From the NCBI RefSeq assembly GCF_006345805.1, contig NC_043000.1, positions 14,508,001-14,572,000 of the forward strand: DNA of 64,000 nucleotides, in the 5' to 3' direction. The number at the start of each line of letters is the position of its first letter. The first letter of the stretch is position 1. The DNA is from Octopus sinensis. Lineage: Eukaryota. The position numbers were made by a program, and so were the translations under genes. Under the pieces are notes generated by a model that saw only the letters and a program-made list of their open reading frames with translations, did not search any database and was not told the DNA's origin. Of the stretch, positions 1 through 10,033 are shown piece by piece.

Positions 1-38
1 GCCCGACGTGCTAACGCTTCTGCCAGCTCATCGCCTAT

Positions 39-420
<382 letters not shown>

Positions 421-1406
421 ATGACGAAGTATTTTTAAATTCTGTTTGACTCTACCATTTGCCTGGAGAAAACGTATTTTTCCAATTTGTCATAATATTC
501 TGGACGAATCTGAAGTTTCTTTTTATATGTAATTCAATTGGAATCACTTTGAATAATGCTGTCATGTAGTTTGTTTGTTCTCTTGGTACTGACTGACATT
601 CTTTTATATTCCTTAATTAATTTAAGTCATTGAACTGAGATTGGGGCAATGTCTTCAAGGGTTTCAGATGATTATTTATCAATTTTTACTAATTTATCTG
701 GTACTCTGTTTATTGAGCTTGTAGGAAGATAAGGCGGACTTTGACATAAGTGAAGATTATTTGGTTGGATATAAATACTTACTGCAGGGTAATGTTGTTT
801 AATTGTCCCTTTTTGGTACCCTATTATGATAAAGTTGGCCTGCTCGCTTAGCCAGTGGGGTGGCGTCATTTGAAGGCTAGAACAATGTGAAGCGCATTGT
901 GACCAGCGATGTGTAGCAACATCTGGATAGCCTGGTTGATCACGGTGGTCACGGTGATCATGGTGATTATGATAAAGTATAAAAAACGGATAAAGCCCTT
1001 TTCCCAGTCACATAGACTCATAGGGCTGGTTTTCTAGTTTCGTTGGATGGGACATCAGTCTATCACATTGCTACTCACTTTTATCAGCTGAGTGGACTGG
1101 AGCAATGTGAAATGAAGTGCTTTGCACAAAAACATAATGCATTGCCCAACCCAGGAATTGAAACCACAATCTTATGATCATGAGTCCAACACCCTAACCA
1201 CTAAGTCATTCACACACGACTGTGTTGTAAGAAGTTTGTTTCCCCGACCACATGGTTTTAGGTTTAGTCCCACTGCACAGAACCTTGGGAGAGTGTCTTC
1301 TACTATAACATCAGGTTGACCATTGCTTTGTGAATGAATTCAGTTGATGGAAACTACATGGAAGCCCATCACAGATTAGCCACTACACATTCTTTATTTT
1401 CTCTCC

Positions 1407-1700
1407 TGTAGTGAGTGCATGATTTGAATATAGAGGCACCCACCTTCTCTTCTTAGTGACGGAGACCCTCCAGTGATGACTAGTCCTTCCTCACAGCCTC
1501 GACCCGAACACTAACGATAGCAGCTGCTAGCCCAAACCCTTAGCGACGTCCTCACATGTCTTGTCCCCTGCACGACCCACGTTGGAAAAGGGCGCAATTT
1601 CCGCTGCCTGCGCACGCCTGACGGCTGACCCCTTCCGCTTGCCCCAGCTTCCGGTCAACGCACCCGGCTGCTGACGTCCAGCTGCTGACGTCATCCCACA
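1407..1700 (-). repeat. 3' LTR
   Basis: 294 bp, 6 substitutions relative to the 5' LTR by manual comparison; preceded on the minus strand by a weak purine-rich tract AGGGTGGCG. Confidence 0.95.
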
Positions 1701-1713
1701 CGCCACCCTGATC

Positions 1714-4553
1714 TTAAAGATCACAATCTCTCTGCTCCATGTTGTAGTCCACCATCCAACCGGGAGAGCGCCTTGCTCGTCGAGATCTTCTCAAGCTGGG
1801 CTCCTCGTTCTCCCCCTCTCCAGAATCATCGTCCGTCAAAGCAACAATCCTGCGAAGGTCCAAGACGTGTCGTGGTGTTCCATCTACGGATACGTTGCTT
1901 CTGGAATTGATCGCCGTCACCGTTCCTCTGCTCCATTGAGACGTACAGCGCGCCTTTGGTGGCTTGACCCGGACTTCCTCCCCTATTTTCACGCGAACGG
2001 GTCCCTTCTCTTCCTCGTGACCCTCCGGCGCTTTGCTCGGGTGCCTCCATTCATATTTGAACACAGCTCTCTGCGACACAGATTCCTCAGCTTGTCCGGA
2101 TCGGGGAGACAAGTTGTACCAAAAAACTGCTTCAAGCGGCGAAATGTTTCCTCTTTCCGCTATGGCCTTGACTGTCCGATGGTGCCTCTCCACGATCCCG
2201 TTACCGCTCGGCCTATACGCTGCTCTGAACAAGCGTCGCACATTCCACCGATCAAGCATAACCCTCAATGCTTCCGAACGAGACGCCGCCCCGTTGTCCA
2301 TCAGTAGTTCTTCCACGGGACCTCTCTCTAAAAATATCCCGTTCAGGATCTGCATGATTTCGTCAGCAATGCCCGATCTCAACTCCCTCCAAATGGCCAG
2401 CCGGCCCGGCCCACAGTCGACCATGGAGAGGTACATTCGCTGACGGTAGTGTGTCACATCCACAGCTAGCCTTTTCCAGTTCTGCTCCACGGAAAGGCTT
2501 CCCTGTTCATGCCCACACAGAGCAGGGTCGATGGACTGACACCTGTCGCAGCTCCCGACCACCTTCCGGACGCTTCTCCTAGTGACGTCAGCATCAATTT
2601 TTTTTGCCAGATACAGGGTCCTGTCCACACCCAGGTGATGCATAGCATGCAGTTTCTTCAGAGTCATCCAACCGACACGCCGCAGCTATCCCTTTCCGGG
2701 CCTCCTCCGGTTCTTCCAACCACGCTCTTTTCACCCTGGTCAGTACGTCCGCCCTGTTTTTCTCCGAAGGCACGAAAACCACGTTCAGTTTCAGTCCGAA
2801 CTCGGCGATCAATTCACCTAGAACTCCTAGACGGCGCTTCACTAACATCTCCGCAGCACCTTTCGTCCGCACTCTCCTGTCACCGGTGATCACCGATCCT
2901 ACCCAGCCAAGCACAGTGGCCGAATCTGTCCGCATTTCAATCGTGCGCAGCCCCGATTTCAAGGCCAAGTTCACCCCTTTCAGCAGCGCGTCTAATTCGG
3001 CGACATTGATGTGGTTGAAATCATCTGCTTTCCGAAGCGAGGCCGCGTCCTCCACCGCAGTGCCTTCGATTGCCAACACCACCCCTATCGCTATACTGCT
3101 AGCATCACACCAGACGGTCCCGCATTTCGTCTTGGGCACGTACCAGTTCCCCCTAACCGGGTCTTCCGCTCTTGTCCTCTCTAAGATCTCCTGCATCATC
3201 TCCCACCTTGTCGCCCCACCTCTCTCCTTCTGCTCGTCTCTTGGTGTAACTACACGCCGTGCGCAGCCATCCAGCGATCGGGTAGTGACCTACCAACTTC
3301 CCACACACCGAGAACAGCTCTCTCCTGCTGACGCTGGAACTCAGCTCTGGGATTTCATTTCCTCTCCGGAACACCAATTCACCTGATCCATCTCTTCGCA
3401 GCTTCAGCTCCAGCGCGGCTCCCCCTTCAATCGACTCCGGTGGCTTAGCAATCAGCCCGAACTTCTCCAGATGTCTAACTACCTCGTCGGCTGGCACTAC
3501 AGTTTCGTCCACCAAAATGTCGTCAATGTAGGAGCTGGTGGCCTTTCTAATCTTGCCGTCTTTCCCTAGGATGGACCTAAGCACTGCTGCCATGATCTTC
3601 GGAGCGGAATTCAGCCCGAAACCCAGCCTGGTTAGACAGTACGTCCGGCCCTTGTACCGCACCAGCTGATGTCGCCACAGTTTGTCGCTCACATGGAGCT
3701 GCAAGTATGCCGATCTCAAGTCGACAATCGTCGCTGCCTCAGTCGACTGTCTCCACTTACGTAATGCCTCACCACAAACGTCTGTCGCCTCACCTCCCGT
3801 GTGACACGATATGTGCTGGTTTAGCTCCCTGAAGTCCAGCACCGGTCTGACTTTTCCCTTCGTAGGCTGCACCACCGCCATCTACCTCCTCCTTCCAAGG
3901 GACAAGGACCCCTTCCTCGATCCACCTCTCCACCTCGTCTTCGAACTCGACCCTGGCGTGGCCTTTCAGGGTATGCTGGTAACAGCTCACCCTGTTCTCC
4001 AGCGTCGGGGGCTCGTCCTTCCATCGCCACTCTATCGTCCACCGCTGACCATCGAACGCCGCCTGAAAGTCTTTGTCCTCGATGGTGTAAGTGGCGCAGT
4101 CCCTCGCGGGGCTCTGCTCTCTCTGGCGATCCTGACTCGCAGTGCACGACGCCCCCACGCTTCCGAACGTGACCTCATTTCCCACAACACTGACGCCACC
4201 GAGGCAGTTGATGGCGTCCATCCCCATCACCACATCAACTCCATCATCACGCGTTCGGCCACAATTTCCTGCAGCCTTAGCGTCGCGCCGCGCACCACTA
4301 TCTCTACCTTGCTGCTGCCTCTGCAACGGATTTCGCTGCCGTCGACCGCCCGGACACTACTCACCCCGTTCCATTCCTTCGTCACCCTCGAAGTCACCAG
4401 GGTGGTCGTACAGCCCGTATCCACAAGGGCCTTGAACGTCTCCCCCTCGGCCTCCACGTCAATCAATGGCAGCGTCTCCAATAGCGCCTCTACTCGTTTG
4501 AGGGGAAAGTTCGAGAGGCAGCAACTTCCCCTCGGTCGTTTCCCTGGTCGCAA
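1714..4553 (-). pseudogene. pol: Retrotransposon pol (protease, RT, RNase H, integrase) broken by 4 frameshifts
   Basis: PR ALVDTGC; RT DLRSAYLQ / GLNSAPKI / YIDDILV; RH CDASS...HINVAELDA...TDS; INT HxxxH...CDRC, VDVTH, MDNG, GIVER, spread over five ORFs in different frames. Confidence 0.92.
4485..4544 (-). promoter_or_regulatory. -1 programmed ribosomal frameshift signal (G GGA AAC heptamer plus H-type pseudoknot)
   Basis: Heptamer at 4538-4544 is in the gag frame and the protease ORF is in the -1 frame; stem GAGGGGAAGUU/AACUU(U)CCCCUC with loop GCCUCU complementary to downstream AGAGGC. Confidence 0.8.
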
Positions 4554-5245
4554 TCACGAGCAATATGCCCTGTCTGCCTGCATCGATAGCAAACGGGCCC
4601 CGGCTGCGTACAGTCCCGCGCCATGTGCGGTCCCTGGCATCTAAAACACCGTCCTGAGAACGGCCACTCTCGTTGCACGGTAAGCTTCTGTACCTCTTTC
4701 TCAGGACGTCGTCCGTCTTTACGCGCCTCCGTCACCGCCATCGCTATCGCCTTCCGCCCAGAGTGTCTCGTCAACACGCGAGCCTGAGCTACAAGTTCGC
4801 TCAACGGCATCTTTTTAACCCCGGGCAGTCGTTGTAGGTGAATCCCTACATCGTCGGGGAACCCATTCACGAACGCCAGTCGGGCTGCTCTCTCCAGTCC
4901 TTCTCCGGCAAACCCGGCCAGAGTCGCTAGCCTTGATGCAAAGTCATCCACTTGGCCTCCCGTCCACCTGATTGCACCTAGCTTAGCAAAAGCTGTGTAC
5001 TCGCATTCCGTGTAGGCATCACGCAAGCGTCGCTCTATATTCTCCTCGCTGAGCCGTTCCTCTTCATCCATCTCTAGGTAGAGCGTTAACGCGCTGCCTT
5101 CCAAATACAGCGCCATAAGACTCGCCACGTCGCTTATACCTTGCAGTCTTGCCACCAGCCTGATTTTGCGAATCCAGGCCACTACATCGCCTTCGCCATT
5201 AAAAGGTCTGACGACGTCACTGGCGATCCTAATTTTTGCAGACAT
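4490..5245 (-). CDS. gag: Retrotransposon Gag (251 aa from MSAKIRI), two zinc knuckles
   Basis: Intact ORF; CFRCQGPHMARDC (CX2CX3HX4C) and CYRCRQTGHIARDC (CX2CX4HX4C). Confidence 0.9.
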   Translation of the reverse strand: MSAKIRIASDVVRPFNGEGDVVAWIRKIRLVARLQGISDVASLMALYLEGSALTLYLEMDEEERLSEENIERRLRDAYTECEYTAFAKLGAIRWTGGQVDDFASRLATLAGFAGEGLERAARLAFVNGFPDDVGIHLQRLPGVKKMPLSELVAQARVLTRHSGRKAIAMAVTEARKDGRRPEKEVQKLTVQREWPFSGRCFRCQGPHMARDCTQPGPVCYRCRQTGHIARDCDQGNDRGEVAASRTFPSNE

Positions 5246-5289
5246 CGTGTTGAAAAAAATGTAAATGTTTAAGAACGGCAGAAATAGCT

Positions 5290-5583
5290 TGTAGTGAGTG
5301 CGCGATTTGAATATAGAGGCACCCACCTTCTCTTCTTAGTGACGGAGACCCTCCAGTAATGACTAGTCCTTCCTCACAGCCCCGACCCGAACACTAACGA
5401 TAGCAGCTGCTAGCCCAAACCCTTAGCGACGTCCTCATACGTCTTGTCCCCTGCACGACCCACGTTGGAAAAGGGCGCAATTTCCGCTGCCTGCGCACGC
5501 CTGACGGCTGACCCCTTCCGCTTGCCCCAGCTTCCGGTCAACGCACCCGGCTGCTGACGTCCAGCTGCTGACGTCATCCCACA
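5290..5583 (-). repeat. 5' LTR
   Basis: 294-bp copy with TG...CA termini; contains TGACGTCA at 5569-5576. Confidence 0.95.
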
Positions 5584-5735
5584 TCTCCTTATTTCTTTCT
5601 GTGTTCCTTTCTGTGGAAGAGCGTATGCTCGAAATGTTAAAGACTTTTTCACTTCTCGAGCATTATACTAATACATCTGTTTGTTGTCTACACCACCTGT
5701 CTTCGTCTTTTGTTTTTTTGTGAATTCTCCCTATA
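5584..5735 (+). mobile_element. Penelope-like element terminus with a hammerhead-like motif, interrupted by the LTR element
   Basis: cttt-CTGTGGA-A-GAGC gtat GCTC-GAAA-TG-TT-aaag; T-rich flank continues to the left of 1407; ends in (TA)n. Confidence 0.55.
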
Positions 5736-5741
5736 TATATA

Positions 5742-6008
5742 TCATCATCATCATCATCGTTTAACGTCCGTTTTCCATGCTAGCACGGGTTGGACAGTTC
5801 GACTGGTGTCTGGGAAGCTAGGAGGCTGCACCAGGCTCCAGTCTGATCTGGCAGTGTTTCTACAGCTGGATGCCCTTCCTAACGCCAACCACTCCGTGAG
5901 TGTAGTGGGTGCTTTTTATGTGCCACTGGCACAGGTGCCAGGTGAGGCTGGCAACGACCACGATCGGTTGGTGCTTTTTATGTGCCATTGGTATGGATGC
6001 CACCAGCA
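5742..6008 (-). mobile_element. SINE with (GAT)n / RTE-type tail
   Basis: catcatcatcgtttaacgtccgttttccatgctagc family; many copies in this window. Confidence 0.85.
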
Positions 6009-6040
<32 letters not shown>

Positions 6041-6648
6041 CTATTAAAAGGGATGTAGCCTTTTTCTCTACAGAAAAAAACTCCATCAGGAATTGTGGCA
6101 GCATATTAAAAGAACCTTTACGGTTAAAATTATAAATATCTTATAAGCAAGGGCTAAAGAAAGTTTTCTAAAGCCAATATAGATAACGAAATTTAAATGT
6201 TCCAAAGGTAGAGTTGCCAGCATTTCAGTTCAACTTTCTGTGGCAAATAGATTAAACGTGGATTTCAGTATATTGCCTTTAGAAAACTTTCTTTAGCCCT
6301 TGCTTATAAGATATATATATATATATATAGTCATATATGCAGGTGTGTGTGTGTGTGTGTGTGTTTGAGTTTGTCTCCCACCACTCCTTGACAACCATTA
6401 TTGGTTTGTTTGCATCTCCCATGACATAGCATCTGACGAAAAAACCAATACCAATAAGTGCTAGGCCCTAAAAATAAGTACTGGGGTTGACTTGTTTGAC
6501 TTAAAACCATTCAAAGTGATGCTCCAGCATGGTCGCAGTCCAATGAGTGAAACAAGTAAAAGATAAAAAAACAAAGAAAAAGAAAATCAAAAAATAATTT
6601 GGGTTTGCCAAATATATATACCAATGTATCTATGTACAATGTGGTGGA

Positions 6649-7032
6649 TGGAAGCACTCCATCGGTTACGACGATGAGGGTTCCGGTTGATCCGATCAAC
6701 GGAACAGCCTGCTCGTGAAATTAACGTGTAAGTGGCTGAGCACTCCACAGATACGTGTACCCTTAACGTAGTTCTCGAGGATATTCAGCGTGACACAGAG
6801 AGTGACAAGGCCGGCCCTTTGAAGTACAGGTACAACAGAAACAGGAAGTAAGAGTGAGAGAAAGTTGTGGTGAAAGAGTACAGCAGGGATCACCACCATC
6901 CCCTGCCGGAGCCTCGTGGAGCTTTAGGTGTTTTCGCTCAATAAACACTCACAACACCCGGTCTGGGAATCAAAACCATGATCCTACGACTGCGAGTCCG
7001 CTGTCTTAACCACTGGGCCATTGCGCCTCCAC
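6649..7032 (-). mobile_element. tRNA-derived SINE, tail type A
   Basis: A/B-box head GTGGAGGCGCAATGGCCCAGTGG...GTTTTGATTCCC; 12-bp TSD TATGTACAATGT (6631-6642, 7034-7045). Confidence 0.9.
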
Positions 7033-8781
7033 ATATGTACAATGTATACTGGATAACAAGGAATTGGTACCAGGTTTCCAAGAAAATCAATGAGGAAAGA
7101 GACTTATCTCTTACTAGCATTATGGGGAACTTAGAAATAAGGATTGGTCCTCTGAAGTTGTATTAGTCTACAGTTGACCCATGGACTTTTTAAAATGTTC
7201 TTAAAAATTTATTTTTGTCTGCTTCACTTCATAGCAACAAAACAATTAATACAATGTGTCATTAATTTGATCTTCCTCTTCTTGTTTGATCAGCGGATTA
7301 AAGACAATCCTTAATCATACAGCTCAGATCAAATTTTAATATCATCATCATCATCATCAACTTTATTACAATCCTTGTCACCATCATCATCATCATCATC
7401 ATAGACATCGTTGTCACCACCACCGCCACCGTCACCAAAGCCCACCATTACCACCCTCACTACTACAACCATCACCACCATCATCTAAACCACCACCTCC
7501 ATTACCACCATCACTGCTGCTGCTTCCACCACCACCACTGCCCACCACCACTACTACCCCCACCACCACCACTACCCCCACCACCACCACCACTGCCCCA
7601 CCACCACCACTGCAACCACAGCAGAAGCAGGAACAGTAGCAGTGGTAGAGGCTCCCTCTTATAGGTTATAAAGAGTAGTTATTCAACCCTAGGCCAACGC
7701 TGATCAAGCTGACCCATGATGAAAGACATTGAGATCATAGCCATTACTTCTTTCCAGTTTATATAAAACTACATTTGGTAACGTATCCTCCCTTCATTCA
7801 AGTTAGCAAAGTATAATATGAGGGAATTTTGTTTCTATTTCTAGCATTTCAAACACACCACATCAAGGTTTTCTTCTCTGGATGTTGTCAGGTGATATGG
7901 TAGTAAGGTGGTCTGTTTACAGATAAGACAGTGCTATGATACATTACATAACTGTGTGGTTATGTGACGGTGGTGGTGGTGGTGGTGGTGGTGGTGGTGG
8001 TGGTGGTGACAGTGTTGGCGATGATGATGGTGGTGGTGGTGATGGTAGTGACAGTGGTGGTGATGGTGATGGGATGAAGTGTTAATAATTGTGAAGATAG
8101 TGGTGGGGTGGGGGTGGGAGTGGGAGTGGGAGTGGGAGTGAGGTAATGGTGGGGGTTCTGGTGGTGGTGGTGGTGATGGTAGTGGTTGTGGTGGCGGTGT
8201 AGCTAAAGTTCAATGTAAACTTTAACATATGAACTATGGTCAAAAACTGGGTTGATAGGCTTCAATTAAAAATGTACGTTAATTTCTAATATTATTAACA
8301 TATTTTAACCAGAAATGTTAATAAATTTTTCAGCAGGGAAAAACAATGTTAACCATTGATTAATGTTACTTTTCATTTCTCCAACAAGCACTAGAGACAA
8401 CTCTGACTATGTTTCAGCTTTATTCTGATTTCATCAGCAAAGTAATTACTTTCAGTTATAATTGTCAAAGTAATTGTGAAGTAGAATATGTGTAAAGTAT
8501 TTAGGCACTGATTAAGTGTAGTAATTTAGTTAGTGACTGTGAGTTTAAACTCTCGGTCAGTCAAATTACAAATACTTGCGTTCAAGTGGAACAGGAGTGT
8601 GGCATTACAAGTTGAAGGGTTGATTAATTATGAAGATAATTCTGGAATGGACCACAAAATAAGAACAATCTACCTCATCATGGATTTAATAAAAGTATAG
8701 GGACCATGCAATGCGAGATGATGAGAATGGCTCTTAAGTACATCACACGGTTGATACAATAAATATTAATTGAATAGTATA

Positions 8782-9210
8782 GGGGTAGGAGTGGCTGTGT
8801 GGTAAGTAGCTTGCTTACCAACTACATGGTTCTGGGTTCAGTCCCACTGCATGGCACCTTGAGCAAGTGTCTTCTACTATAGCCTCGGGCTGACCAAAGC
8901 CTTGTGAGTGGATTTGGTAGACAGAAACTGAAAGAAGCCCGTCGTATATGTGTATATATATGTGTGTGTGTGTGTGTGGTGTGTGTGTATGTGTGTGTGT
9001 GTGTATGTTTGTGTGTCTGTGTTTGTCACCCCAACATCACTTGACAACCAATGCTGGTGTATTTACGTCCCCGTAACTTAATGGTTCGGCAAAAGAGACC
9101 GATAGAATAAGTACTAAGCTTACAAAGAATAAGTCCTGGGGGCGATTTGCTCAACTAAAGGCGGTGCTCCAGCATGGCCACAGTCACATGACTGAAACAA
9201 GTAAAAGAGA
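8782..9210 (+). mobile_element. tRNA-derived SINE with internal (TA/TG)n (Octopus OK-like)
   Basis: ggagtggctgtgtggtaagtagc head; conserved tail ending gactgaaacaagtaaaagag; multiple copies in window. Confidence 0.85.
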
Positions 9211-9649
9211 GTACATATATTTGCCAGAAAGAAAAAGGAAACACAACCGCGAAGAATGATTAAGAGAAGATTTATTGATATAATAACGTGTGTGTGTCTG
9301 TGTGTTTGTGTGTGTGCGTCATGGATATAGAATAATAGACAGGCCATTGTGAGAAGAAGGTTTATGCGCATATGTGTGTAGAAGCATGGATGTGTGTGTT
9401 GTGTTGTGTACTTTTATGGATGTTGGTATGTAGTTTGTGAAAGAGACTATAAAGAGAAGTGAGAAGAATGTTCATAGTAATACCAGTTCATAGTTATTAG
9501 TACACGAGAGTTGAAATACTGAATCAAGAATTTGTGGCCATGATACGGAGCCAGTTGCAGGTACATGTCGTACGTAAAGTCATGACTGTAATGCTGCTGC
9601 CTGGGTCACTTGGTACAGCTGTTCTTGTAGGTTGTATATGTGCTGTTGA

Positions 9650-10033
9650 GTGGAGGCACAATGGCCCAGTGGTTAGGGCAGCGGACTCGCAGTCGTAGGA
9701 TCGCGGTTTCGATTCCCAGACCGGGTGTTGTGAGTGTTTATTGAGCGAAAACACCTAAAGCTCCACGAGGCTCCGGCAGGGGATGGTAGTGATCCCTGCT
9801 GTACTCTTTCACCACAACTTTCTCTCACTCTTTCTTCCTGTTTCTGTTGTACCTGTATTTCAAAGGGCCGGCCTTGTCACTCTCTGTGTCACGCTGAATA
9901 TCCCCGAGAACTATGTTAAGGGTACATGTGTCTGTGGAGTGCTCAGCCACTTACATGTTAATTTCACGAGCAGGCTGTTCCGTTGATCGGATCAACCGGA
10001 ACCCTCATCGTCGTAACCGATGGAGTGCTTCCA
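9650..10033 (+). mobile_element. tRNA-derived SINE, tail type A, full length
   Basis: tRNA-like head; TSD (A)TGTGCTGTTGA at 9638-9649 and 10033-10044. Confidence 0.92.

Larger units (their letters stand above)
1407..5583 (-). mobile_element. Full-length LTR retrotransposon (gag-PR-RT-RH-INT order, Ty3/Gypsy-like layout), 4177 bp
   Basis: Two 294-bp TG...CA direct repeats (1407-1700, 5290-5583); 5-bp TSD TCTCC (1402-1406, 5584-5588); internal gag/pol motifs. Confidence 0.97.

Noticed and set aside
1826-4644. Plus-strand and alternative-frame ORFs (up to 277 aa) overlapping the retrotransposon
   Set aside because: Antisense or off-frame shadows of GC-rich gag-pol sequence with no recognisable motifs.
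4490-5326. 278-aa ORF start inside the LTR (MGASIF...)
   Set aside because: The upstream ATG lies in the LTR; MSAKIRI at 5245 is the more plausible Gag start.
6696-6948. Recurrent 60-67 aa ORFs (MVVIPAVLFHH..., MFIERKHLK...)
   Set aside because: They recur at 9734 and 18502 only because they lie within copies of the same SINE.
7294-7340. Possible plus-strand terminal exon (GLKTILNHTAQIKF*), and an 8-codon candidate near 8418
   Set aside because: Only a splice-like context; no linked exon or homology to support them.
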